This document shows, piece by piece, positions 11,640 to 24,187 of a stretch of DNA of 64,000 nucleotides. Each line of letters opens with the position of its first letter. Positions within the stretch are counted from its first letter, which is position 1. The notes under the pieces were generated by a model. The model saw only the letters and a list, made by a program, of their open reading frames with translations, had not been told where the DNA came from and did not search any database. Location of the stretch: contig JAVKOQ020000093.1 in NCBI GenBank assembly GCA_031835245.2, positions 62,001 through 126,000 on the forward strand, written 5' to 3'. Both the position numbers and the translations under genes were made by a program. The DNA is from Balamuthia mandrillaris. Taxonomy: Eukaryota.

Positions 11640-11890
11640 ACTCTCCTGCTAACCCATGACGTCACGGAGAGTGTTAATCTATAAATGGCGATCAATTTTT
11701 CAAAACACCAATCAACATGTACGACAAGATCAAATCAAACAGGTCATCAAATTATCGATGCTATCGAAAAATTTAGCATATATTGTTGAAAATGAAATGG
11801 TATTACTAATTATTAACATTATTAATTTATTTCTGAATTATCAATTTTATCGAAAAATTTCAGCATATATTGTCGAAAATGATCATTAGT
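11640..11890. promoter_or_regulatory. Divergent promoter (MFS / sulfotransferase) with TGACGTCA palindrome, TATAAA and a 34-bp imperfect direct repeat
   Basis: TGACGTCA 11657-11664; TATAAA 11680-11685; TATCGAAAAATTT(C)AGCATATATTGT(T/C)GAAAATGA at 11762-11795 and 11848-11882. Confidence 0.5.
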
Positions 11891-11946
11891 TTGTTCGGTA
11901 ATGCGACCACCAAAAGTCAGGACAAAAATACAAGAAAGAAAGCACA

Positions 11947-13075
11947 ATGCGAAGGTGCGTGTTTTTTTCTTCCAGAGCTTAAGTTTTGTCAGAAACACTC
12001 ATAGAAAGCGCTCTCTCTTTCTATATTACTGCATTTTTTTAACCGCTCTGACAGGATACTGTCGTACTGCGGAGTTTTTCTCGTGGTTGCCCTGTTGATA
12101 GAACTGGTGTTTTATTTCGGTTGGTCCCAACCCGTTCCTCAACTTTTTTCCTCTTCTCCCAACCCAGCACCTCTTTCTCCTTCCGTTCCTCCTGCGGTCA
12201 CTGCTGCTCCTCCTCTTTCTCCTCCTTCTGCTTCTCCAAAGCAATGCACTGTGTTTTGGCACGTCAAAAAGACAGGCGGTACCACCATGCTCCACATTTT
12301 ATACCAAGAAACTCAGCGCAGAGGACAGACCTTTTCCCAGCAACACCGGCTGCTAACCTTACCTACAGACACGGTGGTGGGCCACGCCAAAGCCCAAAGA
12401 GCCTTGGAGCTTTTGGAAAACGATAAAGCGGGACAAAGAGCGCTGAAAGAGAACCATCAGGCATGCTTCTGGTTGGTATCCGTGCGGGACCCTGTGGAGC
12501 GGTTCATTTCCAAGTTCTACTTTCGGCAGGCATTCGACCCTAAAGCGCAGGCATGGGGTCCCTCCATTGACGACTTCGTTAGGACTGACCCAGTTGTGCT
12601 TCGACGCTTCCCTCTGGTGAAGACAAAAAAGGAGCTCGGTCGTTTGTTGCAAGTGTTGGAGGAAGAGATAGACGCCGTGATGGTGACAGAACGCTTCGAC
12701 GAGTCTCTGTTGGTGTTGGAAGAAGAGGGGGTGGTTAGTAGGGCCACCATAAGCAATTACACTAACTATGGAGTCACCCTGGGGCGCCCTAAGAAGGATG
12801 CCCTGGAGCCTGACGTGCGAGAAAAGATAGAGCAAGTGTTGGCTTTGGATATCATATTCTATGAGGCAGCCAAGAACAAGCTGGAGAGGAGTATAGAACG
12901 CTTTGGAAGGCAGAGGATGGAGGCTAGATTGGAGGAGATGAGAAAGCAGAGGGCGGAGAGACCCCTCTCCTGCGCAGAGAAAGAAGAGCTGGAGGGCATT
13001 AAGGCAGCCAGTGGGTGCCGTAACTTCACAGATATACAACAGAGGGTGCAACAGAGTGCGCAAGAGCGAGGCTGA
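11947..13075 (+). CDS. Type II membrane (Golgi-type) sulfotransferase, galactose-3-O-/Sulfotransfer_2-like (micro-exon 11947-11954, intron 11955-12054)
   Basis: Splicing gives MRRILSYCGVFLVVALLIELVFYFG (signal anchor), then a Pro-rich stem, the 5'-PAPS motif FWHVKKTGGTT, the 3'-PAPS motif RDPVERFISKFYF, and TERFDESLLVL. Confidence 0.85.
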
Positions 13076-13218
13076 AAATAAAGCACAAGGTACCAAAGCT
13101 GGAGATGATGAATGACCAACCTCTAAACTATAGTAAAATGAATTTGCATTCATTGCTTGTTGCTCTTTCTCATTGGTATTATACAACAATTATAACAAGA
13201 TATGAAAAGAAAACGGTT

Positions 13219-14291
13219 TTAACAACAGCAAAAACAAGAACGATCCAGGTCTCGGTGTGGAAGCAACTTGAACTGGTCATGGAAGGCAAACACCATGGCC
13301 AGCTCCATCACCGGCCTCGCCACCAGGAGGCCCACCCCAAAGCACAGCGCGCCCGCCAGGCAGACCAAGAAGTAAATGATGAAGAAGAGGAGGTTCGTGC
13401 AAAAGTTCTTGTGCACAAGACGTCTGCTGATGACAAGAGCGTCGAAGACTCCGAAGGAACCTGCAGCCACGCCGGTGTTGTTCATGTGGTGGTACTCGAT
13501 GTAAACGTAACTTCCAAAGGCCAGAGTCACCGCCAGGTAAATGCCTTAAAATAAATAAACATATAAACACAGCAAGAAGAGACAAGAGAGTCGAGAGAAG
13601 AGAGACACATACCAGGTATAATACACAAAACGAAGCCAAGGGCGAGAGACAAGCCCCAAAGAATGGCGAGCCAAAGCAGAGGAAAGTAGAGAAGATAGCC
13701 TCTGAAGAGGTCCTTGAATTGAAAGAGGTACTGAACCCCACCTTGCCGTCTGGCCGCGTAACTCCTCAACAAATGGGAGCCAACGATGAAGTAGCCGTAC
13801 TGCAGAGGCCAAGCGAGCAAGTAGGAAAAGTCCAGAGGGAAGGCATAGGTCAGCAGGGAGACGTCAACCCATTCCGGCACGAAGGGCATGGACAAAAGGA
13901 CCCAGAAGAAGAGCTCAAGGAGGGAGTACTGGAACCAGTGTTCTGATTTGTGGTTCGTTCAGAAGAAGAAGAACGCAAGAGAGAGCAAAGAAGAAACAAG
14001 ACAAAGGAGCAACAGCCACAAAAGAAACATACAAAACAAAGCAAGAAAGCAACCTTTGTACATGCGCCAGCCGTTCTTTATCCACAAGAGCATGTCAAGG
14101 TCGTAGTTGGCCTCTTGGAACATCGGACCGGATGAGCCTCCGCTCTCTTCCTCCATTTCCACTCCATACTTGTTTTCCCAAACAGCCTGGCATTCCTGCA
14201 AGTTCTCCTCGTCAACCTCGTCACACTCCTCAAGGGCATCAAACGGCGGAAGAAAGTCAGAGTTGTGGTTTTGTTGGTCGCCGTCAGCCAT
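13219..14291 (-). CDS. Membrane protein paralogue B (exons 14291-14054, 13942-13613, 13544-13219)
   Basis: Same NYDLDMLLWIKNGWRMYK / YIEYHHMNNTG / ARPVMELAMVFAFHDQF blocks and same intron phases as paralogue A; ends RSCFCCC*. Confidence 0.87.
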
Positions 14292-15173
14292 TTGGTCGTT
14301 GTTATCGTGTGGTGAGAACAACCAAAGAAGAAGATGTCGCGCCCTTTTTAAACCTCCTGGCGAACCGAACCAGAAAGCTCCAAGTTTTTCTTTATTCTGA
14401 GGAATTCCTGTAAACTGGTGGAATAAAAAAGCCTCGAGGAGGAGAAGCATTACGTTGGTCTCCCGAGAGGGTTCTGGGTAATTACTCCAATCCAGTTGAG
14501 AGCTGTATTGTCTAAAGGTCAGAGCGAAACGGTACTAGTTTTGCGTCCTCCGGTCGAAGCTCAGAAATCGAGACACACACCACCATGAAATTTGGGAGGG
14601 GCCGTGTCGCAAACTTGGGGTGAATGGATTCGTTCGAAAGTCGTTTCGAACGCAGCGGCTCGTTGCACAGAAGGAGGGGCTGGTTCAACCAGCCCAAGAG
14701 CTTAGCTTTGGGAAAAAACGTTGAGCGGAGCTGCTGCAACAACACGCGGGACGAGCTAAATGGCCCAAAGACCCTGACCTGAAGAGGTAAACTTGGTGAG
14801 TTCTTCGCATTTCCCTTGGAGATGACGTACAACAATCTTTCTTCTGCTTCTTCTTCTCCGTTGGATGATCGGAACTGTGTTTATACAGGTGTGTAGATGT
14901 TAACACATCAAAGAACCGTCCACATCCTCTGCTGTTGTTCTGCTGTTCTTTTTCTTGTTCTCTTTCCTCGTTCTCAATTGACGTCTACTCTCGTGGCGTC
15001 GAGCTCTACATCGGACATATCTCTGTTTGAACATTCCTCTTATCTATCTTGTGATCACTGGCAACTCGTCCATGACTTCTCCGTTGAGACCAGTTGCGCT
15101 TGGGACGCAAGGGAACTATTTTTTTGTGTTATAGAACAATATGAAACCCGTTTCTCTTTATTTCTTCTTCTTT

Positions 15174-16264
15174 TCAACAACAGCAAAAACAAGAACGATC
15201 CAGGTCTCGGTTTGGAAGCAACTTGAACTGGTCATGGAAGGCAAACACCATGGCCAGCTCCATCACTGGCCTCGCCACCAGGAGGCCCACCCCAAAGCAC
15301 AGCGTGCCCGCCAGGCAGACCAAGAAGTAAATGATGAAGAAGAGGAGGTTCGTGCAAAAGTTCTTGTGCACAAGACGTCTGCTGATGACAAGAGCGTCGA
15401 AGACTCCGAAGGAACCTGTGGTCACGCCGGTGTTGTTCATGTGGTGGTACTCGATGTAAACGTAACTCCCAAAGGCCAGAGTCACCGCCAGGTAAATACC
15501 TTAACATTAAAAAAAAAAAGAATAATCCACACAGCACTTTCCAACGAGAAGAGCGAAGAGAGAAAAGAGAAAAGGGAGGAGAGATACGTACCAGGTATAA
15601 TAAACAAAACGAAGCCAAGGGCGAGGGACAAGACCCAGAGAATGGTGAGCCAAAGAAGAGGAAAGTAGAGAAGATAGCCTCTGAAGAGGTCCTTGAATTG
15701 AAAGAGGTACTGAACCCCACCTTGCCGTCTGGCCGCGTAACTCCTCAACAAATGGGAGCCAACGATGAAGTAGCCGTACTGCAGAGGCCAAGCGAGCAAG
15801 TAGGAAAGGTCCAGAGGGAAGATGTAGATCAGCAAGGTGCCGTCAACCCATTCCGGCACGTTGGACAGGAACACGAGGACCCAGAAGCAGAGCTCAAGGA
15901 GGGAGTACTGGAACCAGTGTTCTGATTTGTGGTTCGTTCAGAAGAAGAAGAACGCAAGAGAGATCATACAAGGATCAAGACAAAGTGACCAACAAGCAAA
16001 ACAAAAAACAAATACAAAAAGAAAAAGAAAAAAAGCACCTTTGTACATGCGCCAGCCGTTCTTTATCCACAAGAGCATGTCAAGGTCGTAGTTGGCCTCT
16101 TGGAACATCGGACCGGATGAGTCGCCGCACTCTTCCTCCGTTTCCACTCCATACTTGTTTTCCCAAACAGCCTGGCATTCCTGCAAGTTCTCCTCGTCAA
16201 CCTCGTCAATGGCAACAAACGGCGGAAGAAAGTCGGGGCTGTTGTCTTTGTCGCTGTCAGCCAT
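15174..16264 (-). CDS. Membrane protein paralogue C (exons 16264-16039, 15921-15592, 15499-15174)
   Basis: Near-identical tandem duplicate of paralogue B, including part of intron 1; ends RSCFCCC*. Confidence 0.87.
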
Positions 16265-16699
16265 ATATTAAAGTGAAGTGTTAAGTGCTTTGTTTTGCGT
16301 TGTTGAGAGAGAGGAATAAAAAATAAATGTTCCCCCAGTAGCAGCGTTATTTTTGTGCATAGAAAAACGTGCATCCACGTTTGAAACAGAAAGCTCCAAG
16401 TTTTTGTTTAATTAATACTATAAGGATGGACAAAACCAAGATAACACGTCGCGCTATTCCCCTTGGCCAAGTGGGATTATTCACGCAACCTCCATACTTT
16501 TGTGTCTAACCTGCGGCGCAACTTCATTAAAACAGGGATCGCCAATCAACTGATCATTACCATATTTGTGCGTATTTATGATTCCTTATTGGCTGTTTGT
16601 TTGATCGATCATCAATATTACAGGAAATGGAATAGATTTCGGACTGCGAGTGAGGGAGCGAAATGGAGCTGGTTGACAGGGACACAAGCTCCTGTTGAA

Positions 16700-17240
16700 C
16701 TATGAGCTGCTGCAGCAACACGGGGGAGAAGAGCTTCTCTCCCTGCCTCTCATCTCGCTCAATTTGGGAGGAGAGCGTTACAATACCAAGCGCACCACCC
16801 TTTGTCCTGTTCCCGCTCTGTGCTTGAGGCTCTCTACAGCGTAAGGCACAGAGTGGAACGACTGCAAGGCTTCTGCCTCTGCTTGTTCTTCTTCCCCCAG
16901 CTCATCTGAAAGAAACAAGAACAACGTTTTCACATGTGGCTGGTGTTGTTTGGATAAACCCTCCAGTGCTGCTTCTTTCTCCGCCATAGTTTAAACCAAC
17001 CAATTTTGCACCCCAAAGAGCACGTTGTGAGCAGGTGCCCTCTGTCCTGACCGCCATGTTTGCTTCTGGTCAACAAACTTTGGCGTGTGATGAAGAAGGC
17101 AATGTCTTTATGAACAGAGATGGAGAGGAGTTCCCAAAGTATTGGTCCTGTCGAGATGCATTCCGTTGGAAGAAGACATGCATCTTGCCTCGGACGATGA
17201 AGGCTTGCAGGCGGAAATGGAAAGTGTTATCGTCTCCGGA
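16700..17240 (+). pseudogene. Degenerate tandem KCTD-type BTB/POZ (T1) domains
   Basis: ISLNLGGERYNTKRTTLCPVP, then in a shifted frame SVLEALYSVRH. Second copy VPSVLTAMFASGQQTLACDEEGNVFMNRDGEEF followed by a frameshift. No intact ORF. Confidence 0.65.
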
Positions 17241-17606
17241 CATCCTGTTGTCCCCACATGTTTGTTCCCTTGCTCTTGGTATGGTTAGTACTCCACCAAA
17301 CTAACAGGTTTACATTTCGCATTGGAGAAGTTAGTTAACTTTATTTAACTTGGAATCAGACTTTGCCTGAAGTTATAAACAATGGGATGACTGTTATCTT
17401 CTGGACCAGTTGAGCCAACATGTAAACTGGTTTTTTTTTTGCTCCGTTCTGCCCAATAGAACTCATTCATTAGCTCCTAATTATGTGGTTTTTCTTATAG
17501 CAGCGGAGTGATAATTAAAACACAGAACAAAAGGAGGAAAGTGTTAAACTCAAAAAACGAAGACAAGAAAGGACTCATGACCTTGTAGGCCCATTTCACC
17601 ACAGCC

Positions 17607-18390
17607 ATGCGCTCTCTTTGCCTCGTTCTTGCTGTTATTATTGTCATCACACCGCAAGAGGCTCGACCACAAAACGCCAACGGATTGCTGTGGCGTCCGC
17701 GGTTGTCAGAGGAAGGCATGCCCTCCCCGCCGACCACCAGCCCGGACTGGGCCTGGAGCTACGTGGCGGTTTACGTGGAGGACAGAAGCGAGCTCTGGTT
17801 CTTAACGAGCAACACTTCCGCTCCTCTTATTTATTCTTATGGTTGAATACGTATTTTTTTTTGTATTTTATTTTTTATTTTATTTTTCTATTTTCTTTTT
17901 ATCTTCTTTTTTCTTTTTTCTTTATTTTTTTATTTATATATATATATATTTTTTAAATACGCTCAGCATCGAACAAGATAGCATGGATGGGGACAACAGG
18001 GACCCATCCAGGGGAAACGCTGGTCGACTTTGCAGGAGACATCCTCGGTGACTACATTTACGTGTTTGGCGGCGATGACACCTCCGACATGCTCGACTAT
18101 TTCTCAGCCAGTCTTTTTGCCCTCGGTGCCTGCCTCTCTTTCCTTCTTATTCTTGTTTTTTTTTTTTAAACAACTTCTTTTATTGTTTGCTTTTGCTCAC
18201 ATCCCTCTCTTGCTCTTTGGCAGATACTAGAACGAGAGTTTGGAGCCAGGTCTCGGTCTATCCGAGTGTGTTTCCGCCAGGGCGCATTCGTCATGCCGTT
18301 GTTGCCGCTCGAAGCAAGCTCTACGTGTACGGCGGTTCTCTTGATGGCGACTATAACCCAGCAAATGACATGTGGGTTTTTGATCCTGGT

Positions 18391-18439
<49 letters not shown>

Positions 18440-21400
18440 GCTCGCTCGCTCGCTCGCTGAGCTTCTTCTTTCTTTCTTCTGGTATTGCTTTATCCAATGA
18501 CAACAACAATCAACAAACAGTGAGCGGTGCTTGGGAGGAAGTTTGGAGCGGAGCGGACGCTGCTCAGTGGAGCGGCATAACCTCCCTCCAAGGCCACATC
18601 TTTCTGCATGGCGGGGTGTTCGACGATTCCTTCAGCTATCCTTCTCCCACCAACGTGTTTCTTTTTGCCAACTTGAGCGGTGATGTCGACATACAATCCG
18701 TAACAGTGAGGCCACAGGATGAGCTCGACGCAAAAGCGACTCCCCGGCTGGTGGCAGACGAACAGGCGAGCAGCATTTGGATCTTTGGGCCGGCGTCGTC
18801 CTCTGCGACGAACGGATACGGAGGGTCGAGCAGGCAGCAGAGACTTCATTTCAAGCGCGGGGTTGAGGATCTCCAATGGCCGGTTGTGGATGAGTTTGAG
18901 AGCGAGTTACCGTGCGGTCATGGCATTATGCTGTATCCGCCAACAATGAAGGTGCTGTGCAGAGGAAACGGTGCGTTTCTGTCTTCAGTCCCTTCTTTTT
19001 CTCTCGGCGGTCTCTCTTCTTGCTTTACCTCACCTTTTGTGTTTGCTTTCTTTGAACAGAAAATGAGGACGGGATCTTTGAGATGCGCACGGAATGCAAC
19101 TACGATGGTGGATGCTTGGCTCTTTCTCCTCCCGATGCATGCCCTCCTTATGAACCCTACTTGTACCTCAACTGCCTTTGTCTTCCTTCTTCCTTCTTTA
19201 TCTCTCCAACCTTCTTATCCTTGTTTTTGTTGACAACCAAAAGGTGCCCATCGATGGTATGTGAGTGGAGGATAGAGAACTGTGGAGGCTTTTCTCCATC
19301 ATGTTTTGACCAAGGCAAGATAACGTGTTTTAACGGCCAATGTGCCTCCACCTGTCAGGAATGCATCGAACAAGGAGCACCACCCTGCTCCATGTTTAGG
19401 TGTTGCGATGGCTCCTGCCGTCACAACGTTACGAGCTGCCCTCCTCTTCCTGCATGTCCTTGGTCAGCGCCGTTCAGGTATTGTCTTTTCTCTGCATCTC
19501 TGCTCCTCTTCCCTTTCTTCTGATATCATTAAAAACAGATGCTCCAGTGGCTTGTGCCAAGAAACACACTCAAGCTGTGGCTCCGATCAAACTTGTCCCA
19601 AAGGAACAAAGTTATGCCCAGACGGGTTGTGTGTGATCGATGGCCTAGAGTCTTGTGAAAGCTCTGAAAGCTTTTGTCCTGTTTCATCTAGCATATGCAT
19701 CGATCTTACATGTGCTCCAGAGGTTACTTTCCTTTCTCCTTTCTTTGTTTCTTCTTATTCCTTGCTCTTCTTGTTCTTCTTCTTTGTTTCTTCTTCTTCT
19801 TTTCTGCTGCTGCTCCTTCTCCTACTCCTTCTCCTCCTCCTTCTCCATTTTTCTTGCTATCCTAACGCAGTTAAGAAAACGATAATAGGGAGACGAATGC
19901 ACAGAAGAACAATCATATTGTGGGGATGGAAAGGTTATTTGTTGGGATGGAAGTTGTGTGTTGAGTGGAGAATCATGCCCTGCGCCACTGCTTGCCACGC
20001 ACGTAGCTCCTATGGCCGTCTTTTTGTACAGCATTACTGGTACTTTGGTTAGTATTTCCATTCTTCTCTTTCTCCTTTCTTTTTTTTCTCTCCTGATCTT
20101 CTTCCGCTTTCTCTTTGTTCCTCCTCCTTCTTGTTCTTCTTCTGATTCTTGTTCTTGTTTTTCTTCGTCTTCTTCCTTCTTCCTTCTTCCAATACTCACA
20201 ACTGAACGAATAGACTCTTCCTCTGGTGAACCAACCTACAAACACCATTTTCGGGAGCGTCACAGTTGAAGACACCTCTCCATTCCAGGATGGAGACACC
20301 TTCAAAGTCAATGCTCCTTTATTCTCCATAGTATTGGCTGGCGTCTTTGAGGACGAGGACAACAGCCGAATGATAGGACCTTGCTGGGAGGTAACCAACG
20401 ACGCAACAGGAATTGGTTTTGTCAATGCAGAAGTTAGTATGAGTTTGGCCATTGATGTGCCTGAACATTTGGTTTGTGTTTTTTTAACTTATTCTTGTCT
20501 TGTTCTTCTTGTTTTTTTGCTGACTGGTGTCTTCTTCTCCTTCTCGTATGCTTTCTCATTTTCTATTCGCTTGTTGTTATTTTACTATTTTTGTCTTATA
20601 TAGAGAGCAAGCCAATTGGCGATTGTCAGATACAACGCAGGAACTTGGGGAGTAATACAGACTGAGGCACAGCAAACCGCATCCACCACCGCTTCCTACA
20701 TTAAAGCAGAGTTATCCGCCTCTTACTATGGCCCGTACGGTACGTTCTGTGTAGCCCACTTTGGAGATACACGACCTTCCCTGGCTCTCGCTATCTTGGG
20801 TCCTTCCGTTGTTGCTCTTCGAAGCTCTGGCTCTGAATATCTTGTACATTTCTTTCTATGCTTCTTCTTTTCTTCTTCTTCTTCTTGTTCTTGTTCTTCT
20901 TCTTCTTCTTCTTCTTCTTCTTCTCTCTTCATTCTTTCTTCACCATTCTCTATTCACCAGTTGTTGTTGTTTCTTTTCTTCCTTCATTCTCATCACTTCT
21001 TGCTTCCATTTTTTTTTTTACTTTGAATACGCACAGAGACAAAGGATCCTTGTTACCCTCTCGGCTGGAGCCTTCGAGGACGTCGTCATTCCTCTTTCTT
21101 TCAGCGGCACAGCAATCGAGCACCAGAACTGGCTCGTTGGCTCGGCGAGGCAGCTGGACATCTTCGCAGGGCACAAAACCTCCAGCTATGAAATCCTCTT
21201 CATCTCCACTTCCTCGGGGTTCTTTGGCTATCGTGACCTGCAAATAACGCTTGGAGAGGCTCAACCTCCTCAACTCCAAATCTCGGCTGAGGCACGGACG
21301 GCAGCCTCTTTTCTTCTGACGACCTCCTTTCAGAGCATTCGTTCGACTGGAATGCTCATCATCTTTCCGGGTCCCACTTTGGTCCATCAACTTATTCCAC

Positions 21401-23479
21401 TGTTGGTGATGGAGGAAGAAGAAGAGCGCGAAGTAAAAGAGGAAGAAGCAGAAAGGCAAGAACAAGAGCAACTTCAGTTGGATGTCGTGTTTAGAGGAAT
21501 CAGGGAGTTGGACGAGGAAGGAAGAGAGGTGATCTTTCACCATTGGGCTGAAGAGCGAGAGTTTACACCGCAGCAGCTGGATAATGCTACATTGGTTCTC
21601 AGCTCAGAGCTTCCGTTTCAGCAGCCAAGCATTCCCCTGGGCGTGCGATTCACTGTGGCTGACTGTGAGGGATTGTGTTACAATCCGAATGAGGTATCTA
21701 TTTTTCTTTCGCTTCTTTTCTTGTCGTTTCTTGCTCTTTGTCGTCTTCTCTCACTCCTCTAACTTACTGCTGTGAACACCAAGGACCAAGACAACGTCTT
21801 ACAAGAAAACGTTTTAAGAGTGGAAGTGGTCCTCACCGCATGGAACTTAAACGCCTCCACGACATCCATCCAGATAGAGACGGAGCTTTACAGCCACGAT
21901 GGAAGTTTAAGGAACAACGACGAAGAAGAAGCAGAAGAACGAGAAGAGCTTTCAACAAACCTAAGAAAGAGCAACAGAGAAGGAAGAAGAGAGGATGGCA
22001 TAACCACAACCACTTTTCGAACGGACCACACTCAGATCATATACCAAGTGCTAACGAACGATACGAATGTCTCTCTTTCACCGACTGAATACGGAAGCAT
22101 GAAAGTCATTGCAACTCTTCCGTTGTTCAATAACTCGACAGCCTACGACGCTTTGATCTACTTTCGTACCTTAACCAGCCCCATTCCTTCCAATTCTTCT
22201 TCCTCCTCTTCAGCATCGTCATCTTCTGTGGATAGTGGAGCCAAAGGAGATGAAGACGAGGATGATGACCAGACCAAGTTGGGATTAGCAGTTGGTCTCT
22301 CTGTTGGTTTGACGTTTCTTATGATCTGTTGCGTGGTTGTTGCTGCTCTCGTCTACTTCACGCGGCGCCAACGACAGAAGAAGAGAACGAGGCTCAACAG
22401 GGATGGCAAAGACGTTGAAAGACTTCCGCTCGGTTTTGACGAGGTCGAATCCACTCCTACTTCCGCTCCTTCTTCTCCTACGTTACAGCAACGCAACAAA
22501 CAGAACGACAACCTCGAAATGATGCATTTGCAAAAAGGAGGTAGCTCAATAACGCTCGACTATAACGAACTCCAAGTGGGCAAGAAGATCGGGGAGGGCT
22601 CCTTTGGCAAAGTCCACCAAGGCTCCTGGCAATGCGTTCCTGTTGCCATCAAGATCATAGAGAACATCAGCCCGGATGTCAAACAACAGTTTCAACACGA
22701 AGTTGAGACGTTACAGAACCTTCGACCTCATCCCAATGTCGTCTTGCTCTATGGAGTTTGCATGGGTTCCCAGACCCCTCTTTGCATCGTGACAGAGTTG
22801 TTGCCGAGAGGAAGTCTGTCGGACTACTTGCACAGCGACGAGGGACAGCAGCTCTCCCCTTTGGACATGTTGCGAATAGCCAAAGGCGTTGCTGCTGGAA
22901 TGATGCACCTTCATGCGGAGAGGCTGTTGCATTGTGACTTGGCGGCGAGGAACGTTTTGCTGTCGGATACGTTGGAGGCCAAAGTGGCGGACTTTGGTAT
23001 GGCGAGGGTATTACGAGAAGGACAGGACTACCATCAAACGCTTTCGAATGAGGGACCTGTTCGTTGGATGGTTTGTTATTCTTCTTCTTGTTATCCTTCA
23101 TAATTCTTTTCTGCTTCATTCTTCTTCGTCCTTCTTCATACTTCATTCTTCAATCTTTCTTTCTTCTAAACCAACACTCTTCTCGCAGGCTCCAGAAAGC
23201 TTGAAGAAACGTCTCTTCTCAGAGAAAACGGATGCGTGGAGCTTTGGAGTGTTGTTGTGGGAGATAGCAACCTTTGGCAAGCTCCCTTACGAAGAACTCA
23301 CCAACACTCAAGTGGGTTTGGAGGTGGTGGCCGAAGGCAAGAGGTTGGAAGCGCCTGAAGGAGCTCCGGCAATCTTCAAAGAGTTGATCGAGAGATGTTT
23401 CGCATCTGACCCGGAAGAACGGCCCACCTTTGCGGCCATGTTTGAGCTCTTGAAACAGGCTCGCAAAGCCATGAAGTGA
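17607..23479 (+). CDS. Multi-exon single-pass receptor kinase: signal peptide, Kelch repeats, Cys-rich repeats, beta-sandwich region, TM helix, TK/TKL kinase domain
   Basis: MRSLCLVLAVIIVIT signal; YIYVFGG, RHAVVAARSKLYVYGG and IFLHGG Kelch blades; many CxxGxC repeats; TM LGLAVGLSVGLTFLMICCVVVAALVYF-RRQRQKKR; GEGSFG, VAIK, HCDLAARN, DFG, GPVRWM-APE, DAWSFG. Internal exon boundaries are approximate. Confidence 0.85.
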
Positions 23480-24011
23480 AACGTTATCTCTGTTTTTTCC
23501 TTCCTATTTTTGTTGTATTATTTTTTATGTATTTTTTTAAATAACAAAATAACAGAATAACAGAATAACAAAATAACAAAAAATTCAAAAAAGCAAAAAA
23601 GAAAAAACGAAATCAAAAAATAAAGAATAAAGAATAGAACAAAAATTCGAAAAAATCGAAAAAAATCGAAACCAAAACTAATTATAAAACATCGAAAAAA
23701 AATCGATAACAACAAATAAATAATTACTAAACGGACCCATAATTCGAAGATAGGACAGGGCAAAGTATAAAATCGGAGAAGAAAGAGAGCGAAAAGCTTA
23801 CGCCAGATGCACATCAGCCAGTCTCTACGTTTTGGTACCATACGTATGCGGACTACTCAATACTTGTGCAGAACAGTAATACCTATCTAAAAACTCAGAA
23901 AACAACATCAACGCCCTGAAAGCGCTTGATGCGTGGCCACCCCTACCACCTCAGGTACACTTTGCTTTCTGACATCCACCCCGAATAAGACAAAAACAAG
24001 CGCACAAGGAG

Positions 24012-24048
<37 letters not shown>

Positions 24049-24187
24049 CTGCTTGGCGACAGTAGTCCCAGTGACCCGCTGATAGAATAAAGTGTTTTTT
24101 TTTTCAACGTTTGAAAGTACACAAAATAATCAAAGCAAAAAGACAGAGGAAAGAAACAAAGGTATTTTACTAAGGTGTGCGGGTCGT

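Noticed and set aside
14460..15120. Coding-like spacer between paralogues B and C
   Set aside because: All frames are short or interrupted and I recognise no domain. It may be a pseudogene relic, but I cannot support that without BLASTX.
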